A program made the translations under genes and the position numbers. Below are positions 24,793-38,050 of a DNA stretch of 64,000 bases, in pieces. The notes beneath the pieces were generated by a model that saw nothing but the letters and a program-made list of their open reading frames with translations, was not told where the DNA came from and ran no database searches. Within the stretch, counting starts at the first letter, position 1. Every line of letters starts with the position of its first letter. The DNA comes from Escherichia coli O127:H6 str. E2348/69. GTDB taxonomy: Bacteria > Pseudomonadota > Gammaproteobacteria > Enterobacterales > Enterobacteriaceae. The DNA is taken from the NCBI RefSeq assembly GCF_000026545.1, contig NC_011601.1. One strand, written 5' to 3'.

Positions 24793-25983
24793 TTACATGA
24801 CGCGACAGGCAAACCCTTTCAGATATAGCCCTTCCGGGTAGGTAGCGATCACCGGATGATCGGCTGCCTGACGGAACTGCTCTATAAATTGTACATCACG
24901 ACCGGCATCAATTGCGGCATCCGCGATGATTTTCTGAAATAAATCGCTGGTCATCAGACCGGAACAGGAGAAAGTCAGGAGAATACCGCCTTCATTCAGC
25001 AACTGAATCGCCAGCATGTTGATGTCTTTATAACCACGACACGCGCCCATCAACTGGCTTTTATTCTCAACAAACTTCGGCGGGTCCATCACGATAACAT
25101 CAAATTTTTCACCGCGATCGCGATAAGTACGCAGCAATTTAAAGACATCATCACGGACAAACTCTGCCTTGCTCAGATCCAGTTTGTTCAGCTCAACGTT
25201 CTGCCGTGCAATATCCAGCGCTTCGTGGGAGGTATCAACGCTGACAACCTGGCTGCAACCGCCCATCAATGCCGATACGGCGAAACCACCGGTATAGGAG
25301 AAACAGTTAAGTACGCGTTTATTTTCGACGTAGCGGCGGGTAGCCAGGCGGCTGTCACGCTGGTCCAGGTAGTAGCCCGTTTTGTGTCCGTGCTGAATAT
25401 CCACCAGCAGTTTCATGCCGTGTTCTTCAATCGGCAGCAGGGCAGGCGGCAACTCGCCGGTGATGGGGCCCTGAGTCAGCTCCATCCCTTCTTTTTTACG
25501 TACCGCGACGTCGCTGCGATCGTAAATAGCACATTCCGGGTACAGCGTTTGCAGGACACTAATTAATGCCGCGCGCTGATACTCTGCGCCAGCACTCAGC
25601 AGTTGCAGCACCAGAAAATTACCGAAACGATCGATAGTAATACCCGGCAGGCCATCAGATTCTCCGGCGATTAAACGATAGCTGTCGAGGCCATCTTTTT
25701 GCGCCAGCCAGTCACGCCATTTTTGTGCTTGCTGTAAACGGCGGGTAAAAAAAGCAATGTCGATAGACTCAGACGGGTCAAACGTCCAGACGCGCGCCCG
25801 GATTTGCGAAGCTGGCGAATAAGCGCCGCGTGCTAACCATTTTCCCTGATGATCAACAATATCGATGGTTTCACCGAGGCTGGCTTTACCTTCCATGCGG
25901 GCAACGGCCCCGGAAAAGACCCACGGATGGCGACGAAGTAATGATTTTTCGCGCCCTTTGGCTAACACTAAACGTACACTCAT
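24793..25983 (-). CDS. rlmI: 23S rRNA m5C1962 methyltransferase RlmI
   Basis: 396-aa ORF with SAM-methyltransferase motifs; synteny. Confidence 0.9.
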   Translation of the reverse strand: MSVRLVLAKGREKSLLRRHPWVFSGAVARMEGKASLGETIDIVDHQGKWLARGAYSPASQIRARVWTFDPSESIDIAFFTRRLQQAQKWRDWLAQKDGLDSYRLIAGESDGLPGITIDRFGNFLVLQLLSAGAEYQRAALISVLQTLYPECAIYDRSDVAVRKKEGMELTQGPITGELPPALLPIEEHGMKLLVDIQHGHKTGYYLDQRDSRLATRRYVENKRVLNCFSYTGGFAVSALMGGCSQVVSVDTSHEALDIARQNVELNKLDLSKAEFVRDDVFKLLRTYRDRGEKFDVIVMDPPKFVENKSQLMGACRGYKDINMLAIQLLNEGGILLTFSCSGLMTSDLFQKIIADAAIDAGRDVQFIEQFRQAADHPVIATYPEGLYLKGFACRVM

Positions 25984-26077
25984 AATTTACTTTTCTGTCG
26001 ATGCAAAGAAATGGGCGTCATTGTCCGGAGTTTTCCATGGATTTGCAACGCGTCCATTAAGGATAAGGAGAGCAGCA

Positions 26078-26356
26078 ATGTCGAAAGTCTGCATAATTGC
26101 CTGGGTTTACGGGCGAGTTCAGGGCGTAGGATTCCGCTACACCACGCAGTACGAAGCGAAAAAACTGGGACTAACCGGGTACGCCAAAAATCTTGACGAT
26201 GGCAGCGTGGAAGTGGTTGCCTGCGGTGACGAAGAGCAGGTGGAAAAATTAATGCAGTGGTTAAAAAGTGGCGGCCCGCGTTCAGCGCGTGTGGAACGGG
26301 TGCTTAGCGAGCCGCATCATCCCTCCGGGGAGTTAACGGATTTTCGTATTCGTTAA
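26078..26356 (+). CDS. yccX: acylphosphatase
   Basis: 92-aa product from ATG 26078 starting [21 protein letters not shown]. Confidence 0.85.
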   Translation: MSKVCIIAWVYGRVQGVGFRYTTQYEAKKLGLTGYAKNLDDGSVEVVACGDEEQVEKLMQWLKSGGPRSARVERVLSEPHHPSGELTDFRIR

Positions 26357-26682
26357 ATGCATTTTACCGGTTTAGGCAGGCCAGCAATTTTGGTGGCTTG
26401 CTTTGCCGGACCTTTCGGGAACAGTCGGTACAGATAGCGGCTGTTACCTTTTTCTTCGCCAAATTTATTCGCCATCGCTTTTACCAGCATACGAATCGCC
26501 GGAGAAGTATTGAATTCCAGATAGAAATCACGCACAAAACGCACCACTTCCCAGTGTTCTGGCGACAGCGCAATCCCTTCGTTCTCTGCAATCACCACCG
26601 CCAGTGGTTCACTCCACTGGCTGCTTTCTTTGAGATAGCCTTCGGTATCCGTTTCTATCTCTTTACCTTCGAAGATCAGCAT
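26353..26682 (-). CDS. tusE: sulfurtransferase TusE
   Basis: 109-aa DsrC-like ORF with C-terminal Cys; synteny. Confidence 0.85.
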   Translation of the reverse strand: MLIFEGKEIETDTEGYLKESSQWSEPLAVVIAENEGIALSPEHWEVVRFVRDFYLEFNTSPAIRMLVKAMANKFGEEKGNSRYLYRLFPKGPAKQATKIAGLPKPVKCI

Positions 26683-26773
26683 AATTCTTTACTACCTTAA
26701 TCAGACTGGCGGCAGTGTAACAAAAAACAAAGCCCCGCATAAAGCGAGGCTCGGTAAGTAACCCTGGGCGAGA

Positions 26774-27433
26774 TTAATCGCGGCTGGCGAAGCCCAGAAT
26801 GCTCAGCAGGCTGACGAAGATGTTGTACAGCGAAACATACAGGCTAACCGTGGCACGAATATAGTTCGTTTCACCGCCATGAATGATGTTGCTGGTTTCA
26901 AACAAAATAGCGCCAGAGGAGATCAGAATGAAGACCGCGCTGATCGCCAGATGCAGAGCAGGCAGTTGCAGGAAGATATTAGCAACCATACCAATCAGCA
27001 CCACCACAATACCCGCCATCAGCATACCGCCGAGGAACGACATATCTTTGCGGGTGGTCAGCACATATGCAGAGCAGCAGAAGAACACTAACGCCGTTCC
27101 GCCCAGTGCCATAGCGATTACGTCACCCATTCCGGTAGCCAGATAGGTATTCAAAATTGGCCCGAGGATATAACCCAGAAAACCGGTAAAGGCGAATGCG
27201 GAGATAATCCCGGTCGGCTTATTCGCCGTTTTGTAGGTCAGGAACATCAAACCATACATACCCACCAGCGTCAGAATCAGACCCGGAGATGGCAGCATCA
27301 GCACCGTACTGGCAGTTGCGGTAATCGCCGAAAAGGCCAGCGTCAGGCTCAGCAGAAAATAGGTATTACGCAGCACCTTATGGGTGCTAAGCAGTGATGT
27401 ACGGTCATGTGAAGAACTAACAATACGATCCAT
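26774..27433 (-). CDS. yccA: Bax-inhibitor family membrane protein YccA
   Basis: 219-aa seven-TM ORF; synteny next to serT. Confidence 0.9.
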   Translation of the reverse strand: MDRIVSSSHDRTSLLSTHKVLRNTYFLLSLTLAFSAITATASTVLMLPSPGLILTLVGMYGLMFLTYKTANKPTGIISAFAFTGFLGYILGPILNTYLATGMGDVIAMALGGTALVFFCCSAYVLTTRKDMSFLGGMLMAGIVVVLIGMVANIFLQLPALHLAISAVFILISSGAILFETSNIIHGGETNYIRATVSLYVSLYNIFVSLLSILGFASRD

Positions 27434-27601
27434 TGAGTCACTCTCTATGACAGATGTAATTAATTAAGCAGCATAATGATAATGCGTAAGGGCACCCAGA
27501 AGTTTTACCCATCTTTACGCATTTGATCTGGAACAGGTTTAACAGCGGATTATCAGGTCATTAAGCAAATATAACGCCCTGAGAATTTCGACAGGCAAAA
27601 G

Positions 27602-27631
27602 AAAAAGGGGTTAGCAGTTAGCTAACCCCTT
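27602..27631 (-). terminator. intrinsic terminator downstream of serT
   Basis: Hairpin ggggttagc-agtta-gctaacccc with flanking A/T runs. Confidence 0.7.
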
Positions 27632-27639
27632 ATCTTATT

Positions 27640-27727
27640 TGGCGGAAGCGCAGAGATTCGAACTCTGGAACCCTTTCGGGTCGCCGGTTTTCAAGACCGG
27701 TGCCTTCAACCGCTCGGCCACACTTCC
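27640..27727 (-). tRNA. serT: tRNA-Ser (anticodon UGA)
   Basis: 88-nt reverse complement reads GGAAGTGTGGCCGAGCGGTTGAAGGCACCGGTCTTGAAAACCGGCGACCCGAAAGGGTTCCAGAGTTCGAATCTCTGCGCTTCCGCCA with long variable arm and CCA end. Confidence 0.9.
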
Positions 27728-28153
27728 GGAATGACGCGCACTATAAACATCCCGATGCGGCGTGTAAACCCCTAATTTGTTTGTTTGCCTGAAAAACAGC
27801 CAAAAGTGCATTAATAGCGTGAAATAACAGCAGATTGATCATTTCATCACCATGAATTCCTTCTCTTTTACTCGTTTAGCAACCGGCTAAACATCCCCAC
27901 CGCCCGGTAAAAAGAAAAATAGGTCCATTTTTATCGCTAAAAGATAAATCCACACAGTTTGTATTGTTTTGTGCAAAAGTTTCACTACGCTTTATTAACA
28001 ATACTTTCTGGCGACGTGCGCCAGTGCAGAAGGATGAGCTTTCGTTTTCAGCATCTCACGTGAAGCGATGGTTTGCCTTGCTACAGGGACGTCGCTTGCC
28101 GACCATGTGCGCCCGGTGTCCTGCCGGTGTCGCAAGGAGAAGAGACGTGCGAT

Positions 28154-29272
28154 ATGAATAACGAGGAAACATTTTACCAGGCCATGCGGCGTCAGGGCGT
28201 TACCCGGCGCAGCTTTCTCAAATATTGTAGTCTGGCTGCCACGTCGCTGGGATTAGGCGCGGGAATGGCACCAAAGATTGCTTGGGCGCTGGAGAATAAA
28301 CCGCGCATTCCGGTGGTATGGATCCACGGTCTGGAATGCACCTGCTGTACCGAATCTTTTATCCGCTCCGCTCACCCACTGGCGAAGGACGTCATCCTTT
28401 CCCTGATTTCCCTCGATTACGACGATACTTTGATGGCTGCCGCCGGAACCCAGGCGGAAGAAGTCTTTGAAGACATCATCACGCAATACAATGGCAAATA
28501 TATCCTCGCCGTTGAAGGTAATCCGCCGCTGGGCGAGCAGGGGATGTTCTGTATCAGCAGCGGTCGACCGTTTATTGAGAAACTCAAACGTGCCGCTGCC
28601 GGAGCCAGTGCGATTATCGCCTGGGGAACCTGCGCGTCCTGGGGCTGCGTGCAGGCCGCGCGACCCAATCCGACGCAGGCAACGCCTATCGACAAAGTCA
28701 TCACCGACAAACCTATTATCAAAGTACCTGGCTGCCCGCCGATCCCGGATGTGATGAGCGCCATCATTACTTACATGGTGACCTTTGATCGCTTGCCAGA
28801 TGTCGACAGAATGGGCCGTCCGTTGATGTTCTATGGTCAGCGAATCCACGATAAATGCTATCGCCGCGCTCACTTCGACGCCGGAGAGTTCGTGCAGAGT
28901 TGGGATGATGACGCTGCCCGCAAAGGTTACTGCCTGTACAAAATGGGCTGCAAAGGGCCTACCACCTATAACGCCTGTTCCTCCACACGCTGGAACGATG
29001 GCGTTTCCTTCCCGATCCAGTCAGGTCACGGCTGCCTGGGTTGTGCGGAAAATGGTTTCTGGGATCGTGGTTCGTTCTACAGCCGCGTGGTCGATATTCC
29101 ACAAATGGGTACCCATTCCACCGCCGACACCGTCGGTTTAACCGCGCTTGGCGTGGTGGCAGCGGCTGTTGGTGTGCACGCAGTCGCCAGCGCCGTTGAC
29201 CAGCGCAGACGTCATAACCAGCAACCTACAGAAACCGAACATCAGCCAGGCAATGAGGATAAACAGGCATGA
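28154..29272 (+). CDS. hyaA: hydrogenase-1 small subunit
   Basis: 372-aa product from ATG 28154 with Tat signal RRSFLK. Confidence 0.9.
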   Translation: MNNEETFYQAMRRQGVTRRSFLKYCSLAATSLGLGAGMAPKIAWALENKPRIPVVWIHGLECTCCTESFIRSAHPLAKDVILSLISLDYDDTLMAAAGTQAEEVFEDIITQYNGKYILAVEGNPPLGEQGMFCISSGRPFIEKLKRAAAGASAIIAWGTCASWGCVQAARPNPTQATPIDKVITDKPIIKVPGCPPIPDVMSAIITYMVTFDRLPDVDRMGRPLMFYGQRIHDKCYRRAHFDAGEFVQSWDDDAARKGYCLYKMGCKGPTTYNACSSTRWNDGVSFPIQSGHGCLGCAENGFWDRGSFYSRVVDIPQMGTHSTADTVGLTALGVVAAAVGVHAVASAVDQRRRHNQQPTETEHQPGNEDKQA

Positions 29273-31062
29273 GCACTCAGTACGAAACTCAGGGATACAC
29301 CATCAACAATGCCGGACGCCGCCTGGTGGTCGACCCGATTACGCGCATTGAAGGCCACATGCGCTGCGAAGTGAATATTAACGATCAGAATGTGATCACC
29401 AATGCCGTCTCCTGCGGCACCATGTTTCGCGGGCTGGAGATCATCCTGCAAGGGCGTGACCCGCGCGATGCGTGGGCGTTCGTTGAACGTATCTGCGGCG
29501 TCTGTACTGGCGTACACGCCCTGGCTTCGGTTTACGCCATCGAAGATGCCATCGGTATTAAAGTGCCGGATAACGCCAATATCATCCGCAACATTATGCT
29601 GGCAACGCTCTGGTGCCACGATCATCTGGTGCACTTCTATCAGCTTGCCGGGATGGACTGGATCGATGTGTTAGATGCGCTGAAAGCCGACCCGCGGAAA
29701 ACCTCCGAACTGGCGCAAAGCCTCTCCTCATGGCCGAAATCATCCCCTGGCTATTTCTTCGACGTACAAAACCGCCTGAAGAAATTCGTTGAAGGCGGGC
29801 AGTTGGGGATCTTCCGCAATGGCTACTGGGGGCACCCGCAGTACAAACTGCCGCCAGAAGCCAACCTGATGGGCTTTGCCCACTATCTCGAAGCTCTCGA
29901 TTTCCAGCGTGAAATTGTCAAAATCCACGCGGTCTTTGGTGGTAAAAACCCGCATCCAAACTGGATTGTCGGAGGGATGCCTTGCGCCATTAACATTGAC
30001 GAAAGCGGCGCAGTCGGGGCGGTCAATATGGAACGCCTGAACCTGGTGCAGTCGATCATTACCCGTACGGCGGATTTCATTAACAACGTGATGATCCCCG
30101 ACGCCTTAGCCATCGGCCAGTTCAACAAACCGTGGAGCGAAATCGGCACGGGTCTTTCTGATAAATGTGTCCTCAGCTACGGTGCATTCCCGGATATTGC
30201 CAACGACTTTGGTGAGAAAAGTCTGCTGATGCCTGGCGGCGCGGTGATTAACGGCGACTTCAAAAATGTGCTGCCAGTGGATTTAGTTGATCCGCAGCAG
30301 GTGCAGGAGTTTGTTGACCATGCCTGGTATCGTTATCCCAACGATCAGGTTGGGCGTCATCCGTTCGATGGCATTACCGACCCGTGGTACAACCCCGGCG
30401 ATGTCAAAGGCAGCGATACCAACATTCAGCAGCTGAATGAACAGGAACGCTACTCGTGGATCAAAGCGCCACGCTGGCGCGGTAACGCGATGGAAGTGGG
30501 GCCGCTGGCACGCACGTTAATCGCTTATCACAAAGGCGATGCTGCGACCGTTGAGTCGGTCGATCGCATGATGTCGGCGTTGAACCTGCCGCTTTCCGGC
30601 ATCCAGTCAACGTTAGGCCGCATTTTGTGCCGCGCGCACGAAGCACAGTGGGCCGCAGGTAAGTTGCAGTATTTCTTCGATAAGCTGATGACCAACCTGA
30701 AAAACGGCAATCTTGCCACCGCTTCCACGGAAAAATGGGAACCAGCAACCTGGCCGACAGAGTGCCGTGGTGTCGGTTTTACCGAAGCGCCGCGCGGGGC
30801 GTTAGGCCACTGGGCTGCCATTCGCGATGGCAAGATTGATCTCTATCAGTGCGTGGTGCCGACCACCTGGAACGCCAGCCCGCGCGATCCCAAAGGGCAG
30901 ATTGGTGCTTATGAAGCGGCGCTGATGAACACCAAAATGGCGATCCCCGAGCAACCGCTGGAGATCCTGCGTACTCTGCACAGCTTTGACCCGTGCCTCG
31001 CCTGTTCAACACACGTGCTGGGCGACGACGGTAGCGAGCTGATCTCCGTGCAGGTGCGTTAA
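29269..31062 (+). CDS. hyaB: hydrogenase-1 large subunit
   Basis: 597-aa [NiFe] large subunit with RxCGxC N-terminal and DPCxxC C-terminal metal-site motifs. Confidence 0.9.
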   Translation: MSTQYETQGYTINNAGRRLVVDPITRIEGHMRCEVNINDQNVITNAVSCGTMFRGLEIILQGRDPRDAWAFVERICGVCTGVHALASVYAIEDAIGIKVPDNANIIRNIMLATLWCHDHLVHFYQLAGMDWIDVLDALKADPRKTSELAQSLSSWPKSSPGYFFDVQNRLKKFVEGGQLGIFRNGYWGHPQYKLPPEANLMGFAHYLEALDFQREIVKIHAVFGGKNPHPNWIVGGMPCAINIDESGAVGAVNMERLNLVQSIITRTADFINNVMIPDALAIGQFNKPWSEIGTGLSDKCVLSYGAFPDIANDFGEKSLLMPGGAVINGDFKNVLPVDLVDPQQVQEFVDHAWYRYPNDQVGRHPFDGITDPWYNPGDVKGSDTNIQQLNEQERYSWIKAPRWRGNAMEVGPLARTLIAYHKGDAATVESVDRMMSALNLPLSGIQSTLGRILCRAHEAQWAAGKLQYFFDKLMTNLKNGNLATASTEKWEPATWPTECRGVGFTEAPRGALGHWAAIRDGKIDLYQCVVPTTWNASPRDPKGQIGAYEAALMNTKMAIPEQPLEILRTLHSFDPCLACSTHVLGDDGSELISVQVR

Positions 31063-31080
31063 CAGCGAAGGAGAATCATC

Positions 31081-31788
31081 ATGCAACAGAAAAGCGACAA
31101 CGTTGTCAGCCACTATGTCTTTGAAGCGCCAGTGCGTATCTGGCACTGGCTGACGGTGTTATGCATGGCGGTGTTGATGGTCACCGGATACTTTATCGGC
31201 AAGCCGCTACCTTCCGTCAGCGGCGAGGCGACGTATCTGTTTTACATGGGCTATATCAGGTTGATTCACTTCAGCGCCGGGATGATTTTTACCGTGGTCT
31301 TGCTGATGCGGATCTACTGGGCTTTTGTTGGCAATCGTTACTCCCGCGAGCTGTTTATCGTGCCGGTATGGCGTAAAAGCTGGTGGCAGGGCGTGTGGTA
31401 TGAAATCCGCTGGTATCTGTTTCTGGCAAAACGTCCGAGTGCCGATATAGGCCATAACCCCATCGCCCAGGCGGCGATGTTCGGCTATTTCCTGATGTCA
31501 GTTTTTATGATCATCACCGGCTTTGCGCTGTACAGCGAACACAGCCAGTACGCTATTTTTGCGCCGTTCCGTTATGTGGTGGAATTTTTCTACTGGACGG
31601 GTGGCAACTCAATGGACATTCACAGCTGGCATCGGCTGGGGATGTGGCTGATTGGCGCGTTTGTGATCGGTCATGTCTACATGGCGCTGCGTGAAGACAT
31701 CATGTCCGACGACACGGTGATCTCCACTATGGTCAACGGCTACCGTAGCCACAAATTTGGCAAAATAAGTAACAAGGAGCGTTCATGA
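31081..31788 (+). CDS. hyaC: hydrogenase-1 cytochrome b subunit
   Basis: 235-aa membrane ORF; operon order. Confidence 0.9.
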   Translation: MQQKSDNVVSHYVFEAPVRIWHWLTVLCMAVLMVTGYFIGKPLPSVSGEATYLFYMGYIRLIHFSAGMIFTVVLLMRIYWAFVGNRYSRELFIVPVWRKSWWQGVWYEIRWYLFLAKRPSADIGHNPIAQAAMFGYFLMSVFMIITGFALYSEHSQYAIFAPFRYVVEFFYWTGGNSMDIHSWHRLGMWLIGAFVIGHVYMALREDIMSDDTVISTMVNGYRSHKFGKISNKERS

Positions 31789-32372
31789 GCGAGCAACGCG
31801 TGGTGGTAATGGGGCTGGGCAACCTGCTGTGGGCCGATGAAGGCTTCGGCGTGCGGGTGGCGGAACGGCTGTATGCCCATTACCACTGGCCCGAGGATGT
31901 GGAGATTGTCGATGGCGGCACCCAAGGACTGAACTTGCTGGGGTATGTCGAAAGCGCCGGTCATCTGTTGATTCTCGATGCCATTGATTACGGGCTGGAA
32001 CCCGGAACGCTACGAACGTATGCCGGAGAACGCATTCCGGCTTATCTCAGCGCGAAGAAAATGAGCCTGCACCAGAACAGTTTCTCCGAAGTGCTGGCGC
32101 TGGCAGATATCCGCGGACATCTGCCAGCACATATTGCCCTCGTCGGTCTGCAACCCGCGATGCTCGACGACTACGGCGGCAGCCTGAGCGAACTGGCGCG
32201 GGAGCAACTGCCCGCCGCGGAACAGGCGGCGCTGGTACAGCTGGCGGCCTGGGGAATTGTACCGCAACCGACTGAGGAGTTGCGCTGTCTCAATTATGAC
32301 TGTCTGTCGATGGAAAATTACGAAGGCGTTCGCTTGCGTCAGTACCGGATGACACTGGAGGAGCAGGGATGA
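31785..32372 (+). CDS. hyaD: hydrogenase-1 maturation protease
   Basis: 195-aa ORF; operon order. Confidence 0.85.
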   Translation: MSEQRVVVMGLGNLLWADEGFGVRVAERLYAHYHWPEDVEIVDGGTQGLNLLGYVESAGHLLILDAIDYGLEPGTLRTYAGERIPAYLSAKKMSLHQNSFSEVLALADIRGHLPAHIALVGLQPAMLDDYGGSLSELAREQLPAAEQAALVQLAAWGIVPQPTEELRCLNYDCLSMENYEGVRLRQYRMTLEEQG

Positions 32373-32767
32373 GCAAGGACACGCCATTTGATGCGTTGTG
32401 GCAACGAATGCTGGCGCGTGGCTGGACGCCGGTCAGTGAATCCCGTCTCGACGACTGGCTTACGCAAGCGCCAGACGGCGTGGTGTTATTAAGCAGCGAT
32501 CCGAAACGCACGCCAGAAGTCAGCGATAACCCGGTAATGATTGGCGAATTACTGCGCGAGTTTCCCGACTATACATGGCAGGTAGCGATTGCTGATCTTG
32601 AGCAGAGCGAAGCCATCGGCGATCGCTTTGGCGTCTTTCGCTTTCCCGCCACATTAGTGTTTACCGGCGGAAACTATCGCGGCGTGCTGAATGGTATTCA
32701 CCCGTGGGCGGAACTGATAAACCTGATGCGCGGGCTTGTCGAACCGCAACAGGAGCGTGCTTCATGA
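32369..32767 (+). CDS. hyaE: hydrogenase-1 chaperone HyaE
   Basis: 132-aa ORF; operon order. Confidence 0.85.
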   Translation: MSKDTPFDALWQRMLARGWTPVSESRLDDWLTQAPDGVVLLSSDPKRTPEVSDNPVMIGELLREFPDYTWQVAIADLEQSEAIGDRFGVFRFPATLVFTGGNYRGVLNGIHPWAELINLMRGLVEPQQERAS

Positions 32768-33621
32768 GCGAAACTTTTTTCCATCTGCTGGGGCCAGGAA
32801 CGCAACCGAACGATGACAGTTTCAGCATGAATCCACTGCCGATCACCTGTCGGGTGAATGGTGAACCGAGTATGGCGGCCCTGGAGCAATGTGCTCACAG
32901 CCCGCAGGTGATTGCGCTGTTAAACGAGTTACAATATCAACTAAGCGAACGCCAGCCGCCGCTGGGTGAGGTACTGGCAGTCGATCTGTTAAATCTCAAC
33001 GCCGACGATCGTCACTTTATCAATACGCTTCTCGGGGAAGGGGAAGTGTCAGTGCGCATTCAGCAGGCTGATGGTAGTGAAAGTGAAATTCAGGAGGCGA
33101 TCTTCTGCGGATTATGGCGGGTACGCAGACGTCACGGCGAACAGTTGCTGGAAGACAAACTGGAGGCTGGCTGCGCACCGCTGGCGTTGTGGCAGGCGGC
33201 AACGCAAAACGTCTTGCCGACAGATTCGCTGTTACCGCCGCCCATTGATGGCCTGATGAATGGCCTACCGTTGGCCCATGAATTACTGGCACATGTACGT
33301 AACCCCGACGCGCAACCGCACAGCATTAATCTGACGCAATTACCCATCAGCGAAGCTGACCGGCTTTTTCTCTCACGTCTCTGTGGGCCGGGAAATATTC
33401 AGATTCGTACCATTGGCTATGGCGAGAGTTATATCAACGCCACGGGGTTACGCCATGTCTGGCATTTACGCTGTACGGACACCTTAAAAGGCCCGTTACT
33501 GGAAAGTTATGAAATCTGCCCAATACCGGAAGTGGTGCTGGCAGCGCCAGAAGATTTGGTCGACTCTGCGCAGCGGCTTAGCGAGGTATGTCAGTGGCTG
33601 GCGGAAGGTGCACCGACGTAA
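32764..33621 (+). CDS. hyaF: hydrogenase-1 operon protein HyaF
   Basis: 285-aa product from ATG 32764 starting [12 protein letters not shown]. Confidence 0.85.
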   Translation: MSETFFHLLGPGTQPNDDSFSMNPLPITCRVNGEPSMAALEQCAHSPQVIALLNELQYQLSERQPPLGEVLAVDLLNLNADDRHFINTLLGEGEVSVRIQQADGSESEIQEAIFCGLWRVRRRHGEQLLEDKLEAGCAPLALWQAATQNVLPTDSLLPPPIDGLMNGLPLAHELLAHVRNPDAQPHSINLTQLPISEADRLFLSRLCGPGNIQIRTIGYGESYINATGLRHVWHLRCTDTLKGPLLESYEICPIPEVVLAAPEDLVDSAQRLSEVCQWLAEGAPT

Positions 33622-33754
33622 AAAGACGGTAAGTATCGCTTTCAGTCTTATGAATATCGCAATCGGCGAATACCTCTGGTCGTAGAGTTTCAGGATAAAG
33701 AGGGAGATCTACCATTAACGGGTTATTTTTCTCTCTTCGCCTACAGGAGTGCGC

Positions 33755-35299
33755 ATGTGGGATGTCATTGATTTATCGCGCTGGCAGTTTGCACTGACCG
33801 CGCTGTATCACTTTTTATTTGTACCCCTTACCCTGGGGCTGATTTTTTTGCTGGCTATCATGGAAACCATTTACGTGGTCACCGGCAAAACAATCTACCG
33901 AGATATGACGCGCTTCTGGGGTAAGCTCTTCGGTATCAACTTTGCTCTTGGCGTGGCTACCGGCCTGACGATGGAGTTTCAGTTTGGTACTAACTGGTCA
34001 TTCTATTCCAACTATGTGGGCGATATTTTTGGCGCACCGCTGGCGATGGAAGCATTAATGGCCTTCTTCCTCGAATCCACCTTTGTCGGGCTGTTCTTCT
34101 TCGGCTGGCAGCGGCTGAATAAATACCAGCACCTGCTGGTGACGTGGCTGGTGGCGTTCGGTTCAAATCTCTCTGCATTGTGGATATTGAATGCCAACGG
34201 TTGGATGCAATACCCGACCGGTGCGCATTTTGATATCGACACCCTGCGTATGGAGATGACCAGTTTCAGCGAGCTGGTCTTTAATCCGGTCAGCCAGGTG
34301 AAATTTGTGCACACCGTAATGGCGGGCTACGTGACCGGGGCCATGTTTATTATGGCGATCAGCGCCTGGTATTTACTGCGCGGACGGGAGCGCGATGTCG
34401 CATTACGCTCGTTTGCCATCGGTTCCGTCTTCGGTACTCTGGCGATTATCGGTACGCTGCAACTCGGAGACAGTTCTGCGTATGAAGTCGCGCAAGTACA
34501 ACCGGTAAAACTGGCGGCAATGGAAGGGGAGTGGCAAACGGAACCTGCACCTGCACCGTTCCATGTGGTTGCCTGGCCGGAACAGGATCAAGAGCGTAAC
34601 GCCTTTGCCATCAAAATTCCCGCGCTGCTAGGGATCCTCGCCACTCACTCATTAGATAAACCCGTGCCGGGTCTGAAGAATTTGATGGCTGAAACCTACC
34701 CACGCTTGCAACGCGGACGTATGGCCTGGCTGTTAATGCAGGAAATATCGCAAGGCAATCGAGAGCCGCATGTGTTGCAGGCATTCCGGGAGCTGGAAGG
34801 CGACCTGGGTTACGGCATGTTGCTCTCCCGCTATGCGCCGGATATGAATCATGTCACAGCCGCACAGTACCAGGCGGCGATGCGTGGCGCGATACCTCAG
34901 GTTGCGCCGGTATTCTGGAGTTTCCGCATCATGGTGGGCTGTGGTTCCCTGCTGCTACTGGTGATGCTGATTGCGCTTGTTCAGACGCTGCGTGGCAAAA
35001 TCGACCAGCATCGCTGGGTGCTGAAAATGGCGCTCTGGAGTTTGCCGCTGCCGTGGATTGCGATTGAAGCCGGATGGTTTATGACCGAGTTTGGTCGTCA
35101 GCCGTGGGCGATACAGGACATCTTACCGACATACTCCGCGCACTCCGCCTTAACCACAGGACAACTGGCTTTCTCACTGATCATGATCGTAGGGCTTTAC
35201 ACCCTGTTCTTAATCGCCGAAGTCTACCTGATGCAGAAATATGCCCGTCTGGGGCCGAGCGCGATGCAGAGTGAACAACCGACGCAGCAACAGGGGTAA
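33755..35299 (+). CDS. appC: cytochrome bd-II oxidase subunit I
   Basis: 514-aa product from ATG 33755 starting [22 protein letters not shown]. Confidence 0.9.
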
Positions 35300-35310
35300 A
35301 GGAGAAAATC

Positions 35311-36447
35311 ATGTTTGATTATGAAACATTGCGCTTCATCTGGTGGCTGCTGATTGGTGTGATCCTGGTGGTCTTTATGATCTCCGACGGATTTGACATG
35401 GGGATCGGCTGTCTGCTGCCGCTGGTGGCGCGTAATGATGATGAACGTCGGATAGTGATAAACAGCGTTGGCGCGCACTGGGAAGGCAATCAGGTCTGGT
35501 TGATCCTCGCAGGTGGGGCATTATTTGCCGCCTGGCCCAGAGTGTATGCAGCGGCGTTTTCCGGCTTTTATGTGGCGATGATTCTGGTGCTGTGCTCGCT
35601 GTTCTTCCGCCCGCTGGCCTTTGATTATCGCGGAAAAATCGCCGATGCACGCTGGCGTAAAATGTGGGATGCCGGACTGGTCATCGGCAGTCTGGTGCCG
35701 CCGGTAGTCTTCGGTATTGCATTCGGCAACTTGCTGCTCGGTGTGCCGTTTGCCTTCACACCGCAATTACGCGTGGAATATCTCGGCAGCTTCTGGCAAC
35801 TGCTGACGCCATTCCCTTTATTGTGTGGATTGCTCAGTCTTGGGATGGTGATTTTGCAAGGTGGCGTCTGGTTACAACTGAAAACTGTTGGTGTGATTCA
35901 TCTGCGTTCACAGCTGGCGACCAAACGCGCCGCACTACTGGTGATGCTGTGCTTTTTGCTGGCGGGTTACTGGCTGTGGGTTGGTATTGATGGCTTTGTA
36001 CTGCTCGCCCAGGATGCTAACGGTCCTTCCAATCCGTTAATGAAACTGGTGGCAGTGCTACCTGGTGCCTGGATGAATAATTTCGTCGAATCGCCCGTTT
36101 TGTGGATCTTCCCGCTGCTGGGGTTCTTCTGCCCATTGCTGACGGTGATGGCGATTTATCGTGGTCGCCCGGGTTGGGGATTTTTGATGGCGTCATTGAT
36201 GCAATTTGGCGTGATTTTCACGGCAGGCATCACGCTGTTCCCCTTTGTCATGCCGTCAAGCGTGAGTCCGATCTCCAGCCTGACGTTGTGGGACAGCACT
36301 TCCAGTCAGCTGACGCTGAGCATTATGTTGGTAATCGTGCTGATATTTTTGCCCATTGTGTTGCTCTACACTCTCTGGAGCTACTACAAAATGTGGGGGC
36401 GCATGACGACAGAAACTCTCCGCCGTAACGAAAACGAGCTGTACTAA
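35311..36447 (+). CDS. appB: cytochrome bd-II oxidase subunit II
   Basis: 378-aa membrane ORF; operon order. Confidence 0.9.
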
Positions 36448-36459
36448 GGAGCAGGAACA

Positions 36460-36552
36460 ATGTGGTATTTACTTTGGTTCGTCGGCATTTTGTTGATATG
36501 TTCGCTCTCCACCCTTGTGTTGGTATGGCTGGACCCGCGATTGAAAAGTTAA
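36460..36552 (+). CDS. appX: cytochrome bd-II small subunit AppX
   Basis: 30-aa single-TM ORF MWYLLWFVGILLICSLSTLVLVWLDPRLKS after RBS aggagcagg; below ORF-track cut-off. Confidence 0.75.
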   Translation: MWYLLWFVGILLICSLSTLVLVWLDPRLKS

Positions 36553-36562
36553 CGAACGTAAG

Positions 36563-36595
36563 TCTGATGCGGCGCATTAGCGTCGTATCAGGCAA
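36563..36595. repeat. REP-like palindromic element
   Basis: tgatgcggcgcattagcgtcgtatcaggc resembles the E. coli REP consensus. Confidence 0.5.
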
Positions 36596-36631
36596 TCAAT
36601 AATGTCGGATATGAAAAGCGGAAACATATCG

Positions 36632-37930
36632 ATGAAAGCGATCTTGATCCCATTTTTATCTCTTCTGATTCCGTTAACCCCGCAATCTGCATTCGCTCAG
36701 AGTGAGCCGGAGCTGAAGCTGGAAAGTGTGGTGATTGTCAGCCGTCATGGTGTGCGTGCACCAACCAAGGCCACGCAACTGATGCAGGATGTCACCCCAG
36801 ACGCATGGCCAACCTGGCCGGTAAAACTGGGTTGGCTGACACCGCGCGGTGGTGAGCTGATCGCCTATCTCGGACATTACCAACGCCAGCGTCTGGTAGC
36901 CGACGGATTGCTGACGAAAAAAGGCTGCCCGCAGCCTGGTCAGGTCGCGATTATTGCTGATGTCGACGAGCGTACCCGTAAAACAGGCGAAGCCTTCGCC
37001 GCCGGGCTGGCACCTGACTGTGCAATAACCGTACATACCCAGGCAGATACCTCCAGTCCCGATCCGTTATTTAATCCTCTAAAAACTGGCGTTTGCCAAC
37101 TGGATAACGCGAACGTGACTGACGCGATCCTCAGTAGGGCAGGAGGGTCAATTGCTGACTTTGCCGGGCATCGGCAAACGGCGTTTCGCGAACTGGAACG
37201 GGTGCTTAATTTCCCGCAATCAAACTTGTGCCTTAACCGTGAGAAACAGGACGAAAGCTGTTCATTAACGCAGGCATTACCATCGGAACTCAAGGTGAGC
37301 GCCGACAATGTCTCATTAACCGGTGCGGTAAGCCTCGCATCAATGCTGACGGAGATATTTCTCCTGCAACAGGCACAAGGAATGCCGGAGCCGGGGTGGG
37401 GAAGGATCACTGATTCACACCAGTGGAACACCTTGCTAAGTTTGCATAACGCGCAATTTTATTTACTACAACGCACGCCAGAGGTTGCCCGCAGTCGTGC
37501 CACCCCGTTGTTGGATTTGATCATGACAGCGTTGATGCCCCATCCACCGCAAAAACAGGTGTATGGTGTGACATTACCCACTTCAGTGCTGTTTATCGCC
37601 GGACACGATACTAATCTGGCAAATCTCGGCGGCGCACTGGAGCTCAACTGGACGCTTCCAGGTCAGCCGGATAACACACCGCCAGGGGGTGAACTGGTGT
37701 TTGAACGCTGGCGTAGGCTAAGTGATAACAGCCATTGGATTCAGGTTTCGCTGGTCTTCCAGACTTTACAGCAGATGCGTGATAAAACGCCGCTATCATT
37801 AAATACGCCGCCCGGAGAGGTGAAACTGACCCTGGCAGGATGTGAAGAGCGAAACGCGCAGGGCATGTGTTCGTTGGCCGGTTTTATGCAAATCGTGAAT
37901 GAAGCACGCATACCGGCGTGCAGTTTGTAA
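36632..37930 (+). CDS. appA: periplasmic acid phosphatase/phytase AppA
   Basis: 432-aa product from ATG 36632 with signal peptide and RHGVRAP histidine-acid-phosphatase motif. Confidence 0.9.
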   Translation: MKAILIPFLSLLIPLTPQSAFAQSEPELKLESVVIVSRHGVRAPTKATQLMQDVTPDAWPTWPVKLGWLTPRGGELIAYLGHYQRQRLVADGLLTKKGCPQPGQVAIIADVDERTRKTGEAFAAGLAPDCAITVHTQADTSSPDPLFNPLKTGVCQLDNANVTDAILSRAGGSIADFAGHRQTAFRELERVLNFPQSNLCLNREKQDESCSLTQALPSELKVSADNVSLTGAVSLASMLTEIFLLQQAQGMPEPGWGRITDSHQWNTLLSLHNAQFYLLQRTPEVARSRATPLLDLIMTALMPHPPQKQVYGVTLPTSVLFIAGHDTNLANLGGALELNWTLPGQPDNTPPGGELVFERWRRLSDNSHWIQVSLVFQTLQQMRDKTPLSLNTPPGEVKLTLAGCEERNAQGMCSLAGFMQIVNEARIPACSL

Positions 37931-37934
37931 TGCA

Positions 37935-37967
37935 TAAAAAAAGAGCATTCAGTTACCTGAATGCTCT
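37935..37967. terminator. intrinsic terminator hairpin between appA and etk
   Basis: A-run then hairpin agagcattcag-ttac-ctgaatgctct. Confidence 0.6.
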
Positions 37968-37984
37968 GAAGCTGATGACAAACG

Positions 37985-38040
37985 AAGAACTGTCTGATGC
38001 GTAGGCCGGAAAAGGCGTTCACGCCGCATCCGGCCACCTT
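37985..38040. repeat. REP element
   Basis: gatgcgtaggccggaaaaggcgttcacgccgcatccggcca has the typical REP inverted-repeat structure. Confidence 0.6.
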
Positions 38041-38050
38041 ACCTTCAGTT

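Noticed and set aside
27640-28153. Genomic island at the tRNA-Ser (serT) 3' end
   Set aside because: tRNA genes are common integration sites, but serT is followed directly by yccA on one side and the hya operon on the other in normal order; no integrase or direct repeat seen.
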